DNA of 64,000 nucleotides from Mobula hypostoma (Eukaryota), in contig NC_086097.1 in NCBI RefSeq assembly GCF_963921235.1, positions 198,154,001 through 198,218,000 of the forward strand, written 5' to 3'. The notes below the pieces were generated by a model. It searched no databases and was not told the origin of the DNA. It saw only the letters and a program-made list of their open reading frames with translations. Below, in pieces: positions 38,474 to 50,029 of this stretch (within the stretch, counting starts at the first letter, position 1; the number at the start of each line of letters is the position of its first letter). A program made the position numbers and the translations under genes.

Positions 38474-41400
38474 TTGTGTCTAGCGCTGTGTGTAGCACAC
38501 CGCTACATGCTCTTGAATGGAAAATCCTGCAAAAAGTAATGGAGTTTTATCACATGAAGGCAGCATCCATAATCAGGGACCCCCACCATCCAAGTCATGC
38601 TCTCTTTTCTTTGTTGCTATCAGGAAGAAGGCTCAGGACTCAGATCACCAGGTTCAGAATAGTTATTACTGCCCAACCATCAGGTTCCTGAACCAGAGAG
38701 GATAACTTCACTCAACTTCACTTGCCCCATCATTGAACTGTTTCAACAACCTATGGACTCATGTTCAAGGAATCTTCATCTCATGTTCTCAATATTTATT
38801 GCCTATTTATTTATTTACTTTCTTTTGTATTGCACAGTTTGTTGTTTTTTGCACATTGGTTATTTCAAACAGAAGAAAATCTGCAGATGCTGTCAGTTCA
38901 AACTAACACACACAAAATACTGAAGGAACTCAGCAGGCCAGACAGCATCTATGGGAAAGAGTGAACAGTCAGTGTTTCCTGCTGAGACCCTTCTCCTGTT
39001 GCGTACAATCTTTCATTGATTCTATTGTTGCCTCTTGGATTAACTGTGTATGCCCGCAAGAAAACAAATCTCAGGGTTGTATATGGTGACTTATACGTAC
39101 TTAATAATAAATTTACTCTGTACTTTGTAGAAGTAAGTGTCAAATCAAGTGACACTCTATCAAATCAGAAGTTTATCAAATCAAATGCATCATTATATCA
39201 ATGTCCTTCATTGTTTGTTCATTTCTTGGGTATCAAAATTGAAAAAGGGACAAGGAAAACATTGTCATACAGCTAAGGAAGAAAGAAAAAAAATGCATGT
39301 TTATGTATCAGTAAAACAGAAGGAACTGTGGATAAATGGAAAATAAGTTGCTAGAAGAATAATTAGATATGAGGATACTGTCAATTCAACTGATTCAATT
39401 TCATCCACAGCCAAAAGTTCAGCAATGGTCATCTCCATCAGTCTCCTTCATAGGTATTGGACTTTGCTGATGCTCCTTTCCCCTTCCAATTAATTCACTT
39501 GACTATACACCACCCCCTTTTGCAAGAAATGGGGAAGTATTTTTATGAGTCATTATCACACATTCGAGATAACTCTGCCTTTCCTTGTCTTTTCCCAAAA
39601 CTTCCAATTCAGTTTACAAAAACATCAGAGCTTGATCTCTTCTATCATTGGCCATTATTTATTGAGGTCTAGCGATATTCCCAATTATCACAGCACCACC
39701 CGCATTTAAAATGCATTTCTCTTTGAGAAGTGCAGACTAGATTTAAGCAGAGCAAGCTAGCTTTATGTAAGGCTACCAAATTGCAATATTGGGCTCTTAA
39801 CTGATGTACCTAGTGTGGTTAGTTGAACACTCACAGGAATCATTACTTTAAACAGATTCCACCACTCGAGAAAATGCCTTGACTGTCAATCATACATTAT
39901 GATTTCTGTGCATGTTTTCAGGGACTAAATATTTAGCCCCATACTCTTTCTGTGTTTGCATCAAAAATAAAGTACTTCATAATTCAGTTCTATCTGATCA
40001 AAGTAAGAGTTATGAAAATTACATCTAGTGAAGGCATTAATTGGATCTTTTCATTATGGCACAAATGACTGTTTATACCAATGAATCTACAAAAACTGTA
40101 AGTTAAATGATCTGTTACCAACCACATCTGTGGATTTGAATAGGAACTGAATAGAATAAAGTGTGATGCCTTAAAAAGCCATATTAAGACATATGCATCC
40201 AATTTATTGTGAACGAATAAAATGACCCTGGCCTTCTCTGTGGTATTAAGATCATAAGACATATGAGCAGATTCAAGCCATTTGGCCCATCAAGTCTCCT
40301 CCACCTTTCATCAGCTGGCTGATTTATTATCTTTCTCAACCCTATTCTCTTGCCTTCTCCCCATCACCTTTGACACCCATACCAATCAAGAAGCTATTAA
40401 CCGCCCCTTTAAACATACCCAACGACTTGACCTCCACAGCATCAGTACCAATGAATTACACAGATTCATCACCCTCTGGCTAAAGAAATTCCTCTTCATC
40501 TCTGGCCTAAAGGGATGTCCCTCTGGTCCTAGACTCCCCCACTATAGGAAACATCTTCTCCATATCCACTCTATCAAGGTCTTTTAATAATTAATTGGTT
40601 TCAATGAGATCCTCATTTCTTCTAAGCTCCAGTGAATACAGGCCCTGAGCTATCAATCATTCCTTATATGTTAACTCTTTCATTCCTGGAATCATTCTCA
40701 TGAACCTCCTCTGAACCCTCTCCAATGCTGGCACATCTTTTCTTAGATATGGGACCCAAAGTTACTCACAATACTCCAAATGCAGTCTGACCAATGTCTT
40801 ATAAAGAAGTGGCATTACATCCTTACTTTTATATTCTAGTCCTTTTGAAATGCTTTTGCCTTCCTTACCACCAACTCAACCTGCAAGTGAATCTTTAGGG
40901 AATCCCTCATGAGGATTCCCAAGTCCCTTTGCACCTCTGACTTTTGAATTTTCTCCCTGTTTAGAAAATAGTCTGTGCCTTTATTCTTTCTACTAAAGTG
41001 CATGACTATACACTTTCCTACACTATATTCCATTGGCCACTTCTTTGTCCATTCTCCTAATCTGTTTAAATCCTCCTGCAGATTCTCTGCTTCCTCAATA
41101 CTGCTTGCCTCTCCACCTTCCTTCATATCATCCTTGAACTTGGCCACAAAGCCATAAATTCCATCATCCAAATCATTTGCATATAACCTGAAAAGAATTG
41201 ACCTCTGTGAAGCACCATTAGTCACCAGCAGACAACCAGAAAAGGCCCCATTTATTCCCACTCTTTGCCACCTGCCAGTCAGCCAAATCTTTAAACATGC
41301 AAGTATCTTTCCTGTAATAACATTAGCTCTTATCTTGTTAGCAGCATCATGTATAGCACCTTGTCAAAAGGCTTCTGTAAATCCAAGAAAACAACATTCA

Positions 41401-42066
41401 CTTTCCTCAAAGAATTCCCAGCAGATTTGCCCTTAAGGGAAACCATAATGATTGGCCTATTTTATCAGGTGTTTCCAACTACCACAAAATCTTGTTCTTG
41501 ATGGTGGACTCTACTGAGGCCTATAATTTCCTGTCTTTTGCCTTTCTCCCTTTTAAAGTGCAGAGTGACATTTGCAATTTTCCAGGCCTCAAGAACTATT
41601 TAGATTAGATTAGCTTAGATTCAACTTTATTGTCATTGTGCTGAGTACAGTTACAAAGTCAATGAAATGCAGTTAGCATCTGACCAGAAATGCAAAGAAT
41701 AGTGTTATTTACAAAATAACTGTGAATAAAAAGTAGGTGCTACAGCACACAAATATAAACGTACTGAGACAGTACAATATAGGTGCAATACTGCTTAGCG
41801 CTGTGATATGAGGTTCAGCAGGGTCACAGCCTCAAGGAAGAAGCTCTTCCTGTGCCTGCTGGTGTGGGAGCGGAGGCTCCTGTAGTGCCTACCGGATGGG
41901 AGGACAGTAAAAAGTCCATGGTTAGGGTGAGATGCATCCTTGATAATGCTTTTCGCCCTGCCCAGGCAGCGTTTATGGTAGATGTTCTCAATGGTGGGCA
42001 ATTGGGTGCCGATAATCCGCTGGGCAGTTTTCACCACCCGCTGTAGTGCTTTGCGGTCCGATACGG

Positions 42067-43490
42067 AAGCAGTCCCCAACCACCGGGCCGCGGACCAGTA
42101 TCGGGCCGCAAAGCATGTGCTACCGGGCCGCGAGGAAGCGATATGATTTGGCGATATGAGTCAGCTGCAACTTTCCTCATTCCCTGTCATGCCACTGTTG
42201 AGCTTGAACGCATGTGAGGTTATTGCGCACACGTCATCCATGTCAGTGTGGGAAGGAGATCAACTCCTGGAGCTTGCAAATGACGGCATTCTGGATCAAG
42301 TCAAGGCTAAATATCCTGAGATAGCCACGAAAGGACTGAAAACTTTGTTTCCATTTCCAACATATCTCTGCAATGAATGCAACGAAAACTAAATTGCGGA
42401 ATAGACTGGACATAAGGAACCCCCTTCGAGTATCACTGTCTCCCGTCACCCTTCGATAGCACCGTCTTGTTGCAGGGAACAAGTATTCAGCCCAGGGCTC
42501 CCACTGATTCAGCGATATTGGTGTGTTGCAATGACTTTATATGTTCATACGGGGAAAATATGTAAACACAAGGAATTCTGCAGATGCTGGAAATCCAAGC
42601 AACACACATCAAAGTTGCTGGTGAACGCAACAGGCCAGGCAGCATCTCTAGGAAGAGGTACTCAGAATTGCTGGTGAACGCAGCAGGCCAGGCTGCATCT
42701 CTAGGAAGAGGTACTCAAAGTTGTGGTACCTCTTCCTAGAGATGCTGCCTGGCCTGCTAAGTTCACCAGCAACTTTGATGTGTGTTGCGGGGAAAATATG
42801 TGCTGTGTGTTTAATATCCAAACATTACTTAAAATGTTATGATGCTATTGACTTATAAGTGACTTATATAACCATATATAACCATATTACAATTACAGCA
42901 GGGAAACAGGCCATCTCTGCCCTTCTAGTCCTTGCTGAACACTACTCTCACCTCGTCCCACCGACCTGCACTCAGCCTACAACCCTCCATTCCTTTCCTG
43001 TCCATATAGCTATCCAATTTTTCTTTAAATGATAATATCGAACCTGCCTCCACCACTTCTACTGAAAGTTCGTTCAACACTTACTTCAAGCTCCCCTGTC
43101 CTCCCCTGATAATTGACTTATCACTATATTCATGCGAGAAAAATAAGCGCTGTGTGTTTAATATTAAATTCGTTAGATAAACCCTTTCAGAAACGAAATT
43201 GAGTGCATTAGCCACTTATCACCTATATTCCGGTCGTGATTAACACCCCCCCCCCGCCACTGAACAGAATCACCAAAAACGATTTATAGAAAAAAAATTC
43301 ATGCATGCGCAGGGGTGCCCGCGCAAGGCTTCATGGTCATTGTAGTTTTTCCTGGGGTAAACAACGTATTTGACTGCTCCTCTTGTCTGTTGGCAACCCT
43401 ACACCACCGCCCTCCCCCAGGTCGGCCGGTCTGCAAGAATATTGTCAATAATAAACTGGTCCACGTTGCAAAAAAGGTTGGGGACCCGTG
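42067..43490 (+). mobile_element. Non-autonomous hAT (Charlie-type) DNA transposon
   Basis: TIRs ...GTCCCCAACC / GGTTGGGGAC...; 8-bp TSD CGATACGG / CGATATGG (42059-42066, 43491-43498); transposase C-terminal remnant KYPEIATKGLKTLFPFPTYLC...TKTKLRNRLD...AQGSH*. Confidence 0.88.
42564..42787. mobile_element. Penelope-derived fold-back insert
   Basis: 14-bp TSD CGGGGAAAATATGT (42550-42563, 42788-42801). Contains a terminus, a tandem copy of about 50 bp and an inverted copy. Confidence 0.75.
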
Positions 43491-45511
43491 CGATATGGGA
43501 CAATTGCCATACCATACTGAGATGCGGTTGGTGAGTATGCTGTACAGCGGTAAAAGTCCGTCAGTATCCTGGGACAGAGGTGAGCTTTCTTGATGCTCTG
43601 CAGGAAATAAAGGCGCTGTTGTGCCTTTTTGACCAGGATGGAGGAGTTCAGGAACCAGGTGAGATACTCTTAAATGTGGACACCAAGGAATTTGAAGCTT
43701 GATACATGCTCCACTACAGCTCCGTTGATGTAGATGGGGATGTGAGTCTGGCTCCTAGCATGCCTGAAGTCCACAATGATCTCCTTGGTCTCCTGGGTGT
43801 TAAGGGCCAGGTTGTTGTTGGCACACCACGCGGCCAGGTGCTGGACCTCGTCCCTGTAGGCCGTCTCGTCATCCACTCTGATCAGGCCAACCACCATGGT
43901 GTCATCTGCAAACTTGATTATGGAGTTAGAACCATGTACAGGAACACAGAATTTCAGAATTTAATGATTGTTAAAAGATCATTACTAATGCCTCTACAAG
44001 CACTTCAGCTACCTCTTTCAGAAGCCTGGGCTGTAGTCCAGCTGGTCCAGGTCACTTATCTACCTTCAGACCTTTCAGCTTCTGAAACACCTTGTTAGTA
44101 ATAGCAAGTACACTGACTTCTGCCCCCTAACACACTCCAATTTCTGGCATACTGCTGGTGTGGAAGTTGCGGTTAACGTAACATCTAGGCAAGGATGGAT
44201 TGCAGATAGATTGTAAACAGCCCAGACTAGAAAGTTATTTGAAGAGCATCGCTTCCCTTTGCACACTAGACGTCTGGAGTTGAGATAATTGATCCAAGGC
44301 ACACGATGAACTGAGGGTCAATAGCTTGACTAACTTCAAAATATCATAGGTTGTCAGCTTGTAGTTTCTATTGACTTTTACACCGTATTGTGAATGGTGA
44401 TTGTTCTTGCAAGTAAGGAATTCAAACGTACAGTACATAGTTTATCCAATGCTCAATATCCAAAACTGCTTGCCAATTCTGCATAAGCTGGCATTTCTCT
44501 GCTCAGAATTCAGAACAGTGTGGTGACAAAGGCCATGTGCACAAGTAAAATTAAGTGTGATTGAGGAATGAATGAGTTTTAGAGTCCAGTTAATTGGTGA
44601 CAACAGCTACTTGGAAGTTCCACTGAGACAGCTAACACTTGACCAGATCTCATCCACGGCCTTTTATTCGCCCATCGGACCAATTGCCAGTTGCCAGTTG
44701 CTCCTAGCCTTCAGTGACCTTGTTACCTTATTCTGTAAGTATCTGGCCTCTCTTGTGTTGTGGCCTCTCATGGCTTGTTATTTTGCAGTTTATTAGTAAA
44801 ATATCACTTACTGCTAAATCGTTACCACGGCTCTGCTATTGGGTCAAGCCTCCTCTACATCTCTTGGCAGGTTGAGTGAAACAGCGATTGGCCCAGCTTA
44901 AAGGAAGTTGTCCATCGACAGGAGTATACAATCCCAAAGCAGCAGGAAACAATTGACCATCTGTTTGCACTCTCAACTCACATTCCACCTTGATACAGCA
45001 AACCTGCACCAGTCAACCCCCTCCGCTAGAGCCTCAGAATTCAGCTCCTGAACATCTTGACAGTCCCCCGTGCTGAAGCAGCAACATCCTGCCTCAGTAA
45101 ATCATACACTTCGAGATCCCGCCATCTCTATATTCTAAGTACCGAGCCATGATTGCCTTCGTCATCTCGCTGCTGACTGGGTGAGCTCTGACTCGGGCAG
45201 CCACTAATTTGGACAATTAAACCACCATTTGCAAAGTAATATGAAAGATTCACCATGGAGATACACTGGATTTTCGACCATCTGGGCAGTGGATCAGATA
45301 ATTTGCCTGCAACATGCTTGGAGCTGGATTATACTGCGGAATTCAGGATCCTCACAGTAGAGTGTGGCTGGAATGTGGAAACACTGTTGGCCCATTACCA
45401 TCACGGCCTCTTGGGGAGCTTGAGATTCGTGAAGCAAAAGCCTTCCTCTCTGCTATCTGATTCCTAAATGGACATTGAACCTGTGAACACTAGCTCACTT
45501 TTGAATATATA

Positions 45512-46154
45512 TGTAACGGCCTTTCCCCCGAATGACTCCCGTTGCCTAGGATGAATAGCCATCGACCCTGCCAAACTGTGCAAATGCTTTGGTGCGGATA
45601 CCGTGCGAGGCGCCCAGTGATCAGCCACAACACAAATATCAAACAATATACCAAGTGCGAGTAAAGAATTATACTTTATAGCAAGTTTTGGTGATGGGTT
45701 AGTAACAACAACTAAAAGAAAAGGCACCACATAAGTAACTTATCAGTCTTGTGCACACAATATTTTAATACGTTGGAGCTCACGCCTCCGATTCCATCCG
45801 CAATTTCTGTCCAAGACTCCGGCCACCCTCCGAACCCCCAAAGTCCGGTATCTGCTGCCCTGAAACCGCTGTCCGTTCCCTGCACGTCCGTCCTCTCAGC
45901 TCGCCTCCCGAGAAAGCCCGTGCTCCTCAACTCAGCACACACATACAAGATAACATAACATGACTTCTGTTGGCTAGCAAATGAATACAATTTCCATCAT
46001 CACTAAGTATAACCCAGACATGCTGTTACAGAGAACCCCTCGCTCAGCAGTTAACAGTACGAGAAGCCATTTTAGTATAAATACTTCAGAGAAGCCATTT
46101 TGTAATAGGCAATTAACAGGTAACAGTCCGGCTAATATTACTGAGAACCCTACA
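45512..46154. mobile_element. Solo LTR (643 bp)
   Basis: TGTA...TACA termini flanked by TATA on both sides; CpG-rich relative to the flanks; interrupts an older element that ends in (TTCTGA)n at about 46330. Confidence 0.7.
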
Positions 46155-46501
46155 TATATTATTTGTTTCTTGCATGATTTTTAATCTATTCAATACACGT
46201 ATACTCTAATTAAATTATTTATTTATTATTATTATTTTTTTCTTCTATATTATGTAGCGCATTGAATTGCTGCTGCTAAGTTAACAAATTTCATGACACG
46301 TGCCAGTGATAATTCTGATTCTGATTCTGATTCAATTCATAATTCAAGTCATTTAAAATGTTGCCCACAATGTAAGCTGAAAAGCTTTCTATCTTGTCCA
46401 GATATACCTGGGCATGCTTAGACTGGGCAGATGCTACATGGCAGGACAGGTTTTAGAAAGGCTGAAAAAGCATCACTCACACACTGTTCAATGCATTGCA
46501 T

Positions 46502-47290
46502 TTCAAATGTTTCAAAGGTACACCTTATGTCAGTGAAATGTATACAATGTCATCCTGAAATGCTTTTTCTTTGCAACCATCCATGAAAACAGAGCTCCCC
46601 AAAGAATGAATGACAGTTAAACATCAGACACCTAAGTCCCCCCTAGCTCCCCTCCCTCCCGTGTGAAACTGGCAGCAAGCAACGATTCCACCTCCCTCCA
46701 CTGGCAAAAAAAAAGGATCGGCACCCACCACCGAGCACTCAAGCATGCAGCAAAAGCAACGGCAAAGAGACAAACTTGCAGTACTCCAAAGATTACATGT
46801 TCACCCAGTATCCGACATACCACAGGTTCGCTCTCTCTCTAATAAGGGAGAAAGAAATGTCTCCATTTCACAGTGAGAGGGGAGACATAACTCACTGGTT
46901 TACGATGTTAAAAGTCCATTGCATTGCCTTTTCCAAGATCTGTGCCCAAAGATCTCAGGTCTCTGGGCACACAGCCAAAGATCTTCCAGCTCCCCTGACA
47001 CACCGGTCTGTCGGGACACTGACCTTCAATCCACCTGTCTCCAGAGCTCCGAGATCCTAGGTCTCCAAAGGCGAGCCAAACTCTTAGGCCGCGCCCTTGG
47101 GATGTTGGATAACGGCCGGATGTGAAACCCTGAGAGCAGGTCCCATTCCCGCAAAGAACCGAAGTCAGCATATAACTCCAGGTCAGGGTCTTCAAAAGAA
47201 CCCTGAAATGGAAAAATAGGGATATTAAAGATGGAAATAGAGCTGTTTCCGAAGATGCAAGCAAAGGAGTTGCCATATAGTGCCATCTTG
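46502..47290 (-). mobile_element. Non-coding, probably non-autonomous LINE-dependent retroelement
   Basis: Minus-strand start CAAGATGGCAC and a TTTGAA-type tail; CpG-richer than the flanks; no coding signature. Confidence 0.5.
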
Positions 47291-47399
47291 ATGAAGCATT
47301 TACATGTATATCGGTTTGTAATCACATTGATGCACATGTTCTCCATGTACAGTATATTATGTGTACTCATTATAATAAAGTAATTGTATTTTCAGGAGT

Positions 47400-48715
47400 A
47401 TTTGTGATAGCCACATGTTTTGCCAATGTTGCAACAGCTGTGATACTCTGCCGTGGTGAGTATTCGCTTAAATCTCAAAGAAGGAGCAAGACTCTTCTTA
47501 TTAAGAAAGCCTACGAGCTCTACTTTGGGTGTAAAATTGGCGACCAAGACAAAACCTGGGCTCCTCACATTTGTTGCGCAATATGCACTGTCGACCTTAG
47601 AGCTTGGCTCAGAGGTACTCGGAAGTCAATGCTGCCCGCTGTCCGAATGATATGGCGAGAGCAGATGGATCATGTAACAGACTGCTACTTTTGTCTGACC
47701 AGTGTGTCTGGTTTCTCTACTAAAAACAAGAAATCCATTGAATACCCTGATCTTCTTTCAGCCGTGAGACCTATGCCACATGACAACAGTCTTATAGTAC
47801 TAAAGCCACCAGAGACATGGAGTCGAGAGGAGTCAGACGAAGATGCCTTTGTGCACGAGCCAGGAAAGGAAAATCACACTGATATTGATACAAATTTTGA
47901 ACCCTTTATGTCGAGTGAGCCTCATCTGATAACTCAATCTGAGTTAAATGACCTGGTCTGAGACTTGGGTTTGTCAAAGACAAAAGCTGAATTATAAGAC
48001 TGCAAGGATGAAATCTGCTGTCAGCAGGCACAACAATTTCTGTGAAGGATATTGATATTTAAGACAGATGTTTCCCAGAATAACCGATGCCAAGATTCAG
48101 AAAGGTATTTTTGCTGGTCCACAAATCAAATAGGTTACCAATGACAGGCATTTTGAAGAACTTCTAGTGGGACCAGAGAAAATTACATAGAAGGCATTCA
48201 AGGATGTTTCTGATAATTTTTTCGGCAACAACTGAGCACCAAACTATGTACAGCTGTTTGACAACATGCTTCAAGCATACAAAACCACAAAGTGCAACAT
48301 GTCACTAAAGATTAGTTTTCTGCGTTCCATTTTGCATTCCTTGCAAAGCTTAGCGCTGTCAGTGGCGAGCATGGTGGAAGTTTTCACCAGGGCATTGCGG
48401 TCATGGAGAAACGGTATCAGGGCAATTGGAATCCATCGATCCTGGCTGATTGTTGTTGGACACAAGCAAGAAGCCTCAGAAACTGAGTACAAATCATCAA
48501 TAAAACATTTTAGCTTGGTTGGACCTTTGCAAAGTGTCAACACCGGTATGCAATAAAACTCATTATATTCAATAAAAGTTAATTTCCTGTATCTGCAAAT
48601 CCCTATGTTATATAACAAGTCTGAAATTATATTTGTGTTTAGCTTCAAGTGGTCTATCATAACCAGAAGAACTATCTGAGGAAGCAACACTTACGAAAAT
48701 ATTTGCTGTCCAGTG
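47400..48715 (+). mobile_element. Chapaev3-like (CMC superfamily) DNA transposon, internally deleted, left end not found
   Basis: KAYELYFGCKIGDQDKTWAPHICC, IWREQMDHVTDCYFC and HLITQSELNDLV motifs, then CNMSLKI and a degenerate AVS.EHG..FHQ.I.VMEKRYQG; right terminus ...TGTCCAGTG at 48715. Confidence 0.75.
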
Positions 48716-48879
48716 TCATCAGCCAGAACCCCAGCTCTGTTCTTAGAGACATTTGAGGTTGCAGTTCCCTCACTATTAACACCTCCAGTAGAGCTACTAG
48801 GACTTGATGTTTCAATCCCTATGGTAAGTTGACACTCTCGATGTTGGCAGTGGGCTTGGAGTGGTGACAAGGAGGGAAG

Positions 48880-50023
48880 GTAGGAACGTCATCGGGGTCA
48901 TCAGGTGGGCACCCTCCTTCTTTGATGTTTCATTGATAAGCCCACGGTGTCTCCAGAGGGCTCAATGGTGCTATGTGGCGTCCCAGATACACCCCCCTCA
49001 GTTCCATACCCTCCTGTCTTCATCTTGCAGCCCAGTTGTTGTCTTTCCTTTTAATCCAAATCCAATTGCTGCTTTCTTCTGCTGCATTTGACAAGGACTT
49101 GATTGCTTGTTGGAGGGAGTGACCCCTCACCCCCATCTTCCTCAATAGACTGGTCGTAGATGTAGCAACGAATCCCCTGCATCCCACTTCTACAGGGAAA
49201 ATCTTGGTCTTCCAGCCATTCTGGGCAAATTCAGTTGCCAGTTCAGAGTACTTGGTCTTTTTCCTCTCACAAGCTTCTTCGATACCAACTTCCCATGGTA
49301 CTGTAAATTCCACAACATATGCCAGCTTGGCTGTTGTGGACCACAGGACCATATCTGGCCAGAGTGTTGTAGCTGCAATGTCTGGGGGAAACACAAGCTT
49401 TTTTTCCAAATCCACGTCCTTTTCCAATCCCGAGCAACCTGCAGAATGGTTACATCTTTTGATGTTATATGGTGCTCTGGAGGTTGGCCTGCTGGTACAA
49501 ATCGTATGATGTGGACATTTCCTGCCAATGTTTGTGGGACAGCATTTGTGGTAATTCGCCTCTATTCCAAGATTGATGCCAGCTGTCTGAGAACTTGGTT
49601 ATGCTGCCAAGTGTACCACCCCTGGGTGAGGCTCATGGTGCATCCTGTTAAAATGTGCCTTAGTGATCCAAGTGCTTGACAAAGAAAGCAAGCGGGGTCT
49701 TCTCCCCACCACTGGTTCAGGTTCTGGGGTGTGGTAGGAGGTGATAAGTGGCTCTGATGACAAAACTTAGCCGCGATCCCTCCATCTCCCAGATGTCACG
49801 CCAGCTAAGTTTCCTCTTTTCCATGCTCTCCCAATTAGTCCATTGGCCCTGCTTGGGCATTGAGATGGCAGGAGGCAGAGTGAAACGCTGCCTCCTCCTG
49901 TCTTCTCAACTGCTCCACCACGAGCCGTCTCTTCTGCACTGATGTTGCCTTGTGCCACTGAGGAGCTTTTGGGACGAGCCCGAGCCCGGCTCTTCCATGT
50001 TGAACTTGGCCAACCACATCCCT
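48880..50023 (-). mobile_element. Hero-clade (R2 group) non-LTR retrotransposon 3' fragment
   Basis: DVVGQVQHGRAGLG; CCHC finger CFLC...HILTGC; restriction-like endonuclease PDMVLWS...VEFTVPWE...ERKKTKYSEL...PVEVGCRGF; stop at 49020 followed by a 3' UTR. Confidence 0.85.
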
Positions 50024-50029
50024 GAAGTG

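Larger units (their letters stand above)
32959..38507 (+). mobile_element. Gypsy LTR retrotransposon C (CsRn1 clade), structurally complete but mutated
   Basis: 5' LTR 32959-33244 and 3' LTR 37032-38507 (interrupted), 4-bp TSD TGCT (32955-32958, 38508-38511), tRNA-Trp-type PBS TGGTGACCCCGAC and G-run PPT. Gag has VSLKLPSFW and the CHCC knuckle CFYHQRWGTEARRCRPPC. Pol has FLVDTGAEIS, RT, RNase H, integrase (H...CMQC, ITSDRGAQF) and GPF motifs. Confidence 0.95.
32360..38860 (+). mobile_element. Rex1/Babar LINE 3' part, split by Gypsy C
   Basis: ESIFSGCITDWYRNTNA before the LTR and LEWKILQK...KAASIIRDPHHPSHALFSLL after it. Confidence 0.8.
41599..43948 (-). mobile_element. Rex1/Babar LINE 3' fragment with (TCTAA)n tail
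   Basis: KFADDTMVVGLI...NNLALNTQETKEIIVDFR and DRKALQRVVKTAQRIIG...HPNHGLFTVLPSGR motifs. Confidence 0.88.
40248..44160 (-). mobile_element. Decayed CR1 LINE, outermost layer of a four-level nest
   Basis: Tail at about 40248; YANDLDDG...FVAKFKDD and LQEDLNRLGEW motifs; sequence resumes at about 43950. Confidence 0.85.

Noticed and set aside
42600..42787. Repeated units of about 50 bp as a CRISPR-like array
   Set aside because: Only two direct copies plus one inverted copy, no spacers, eukaryotic context; explained by the Penelope-derived insert.
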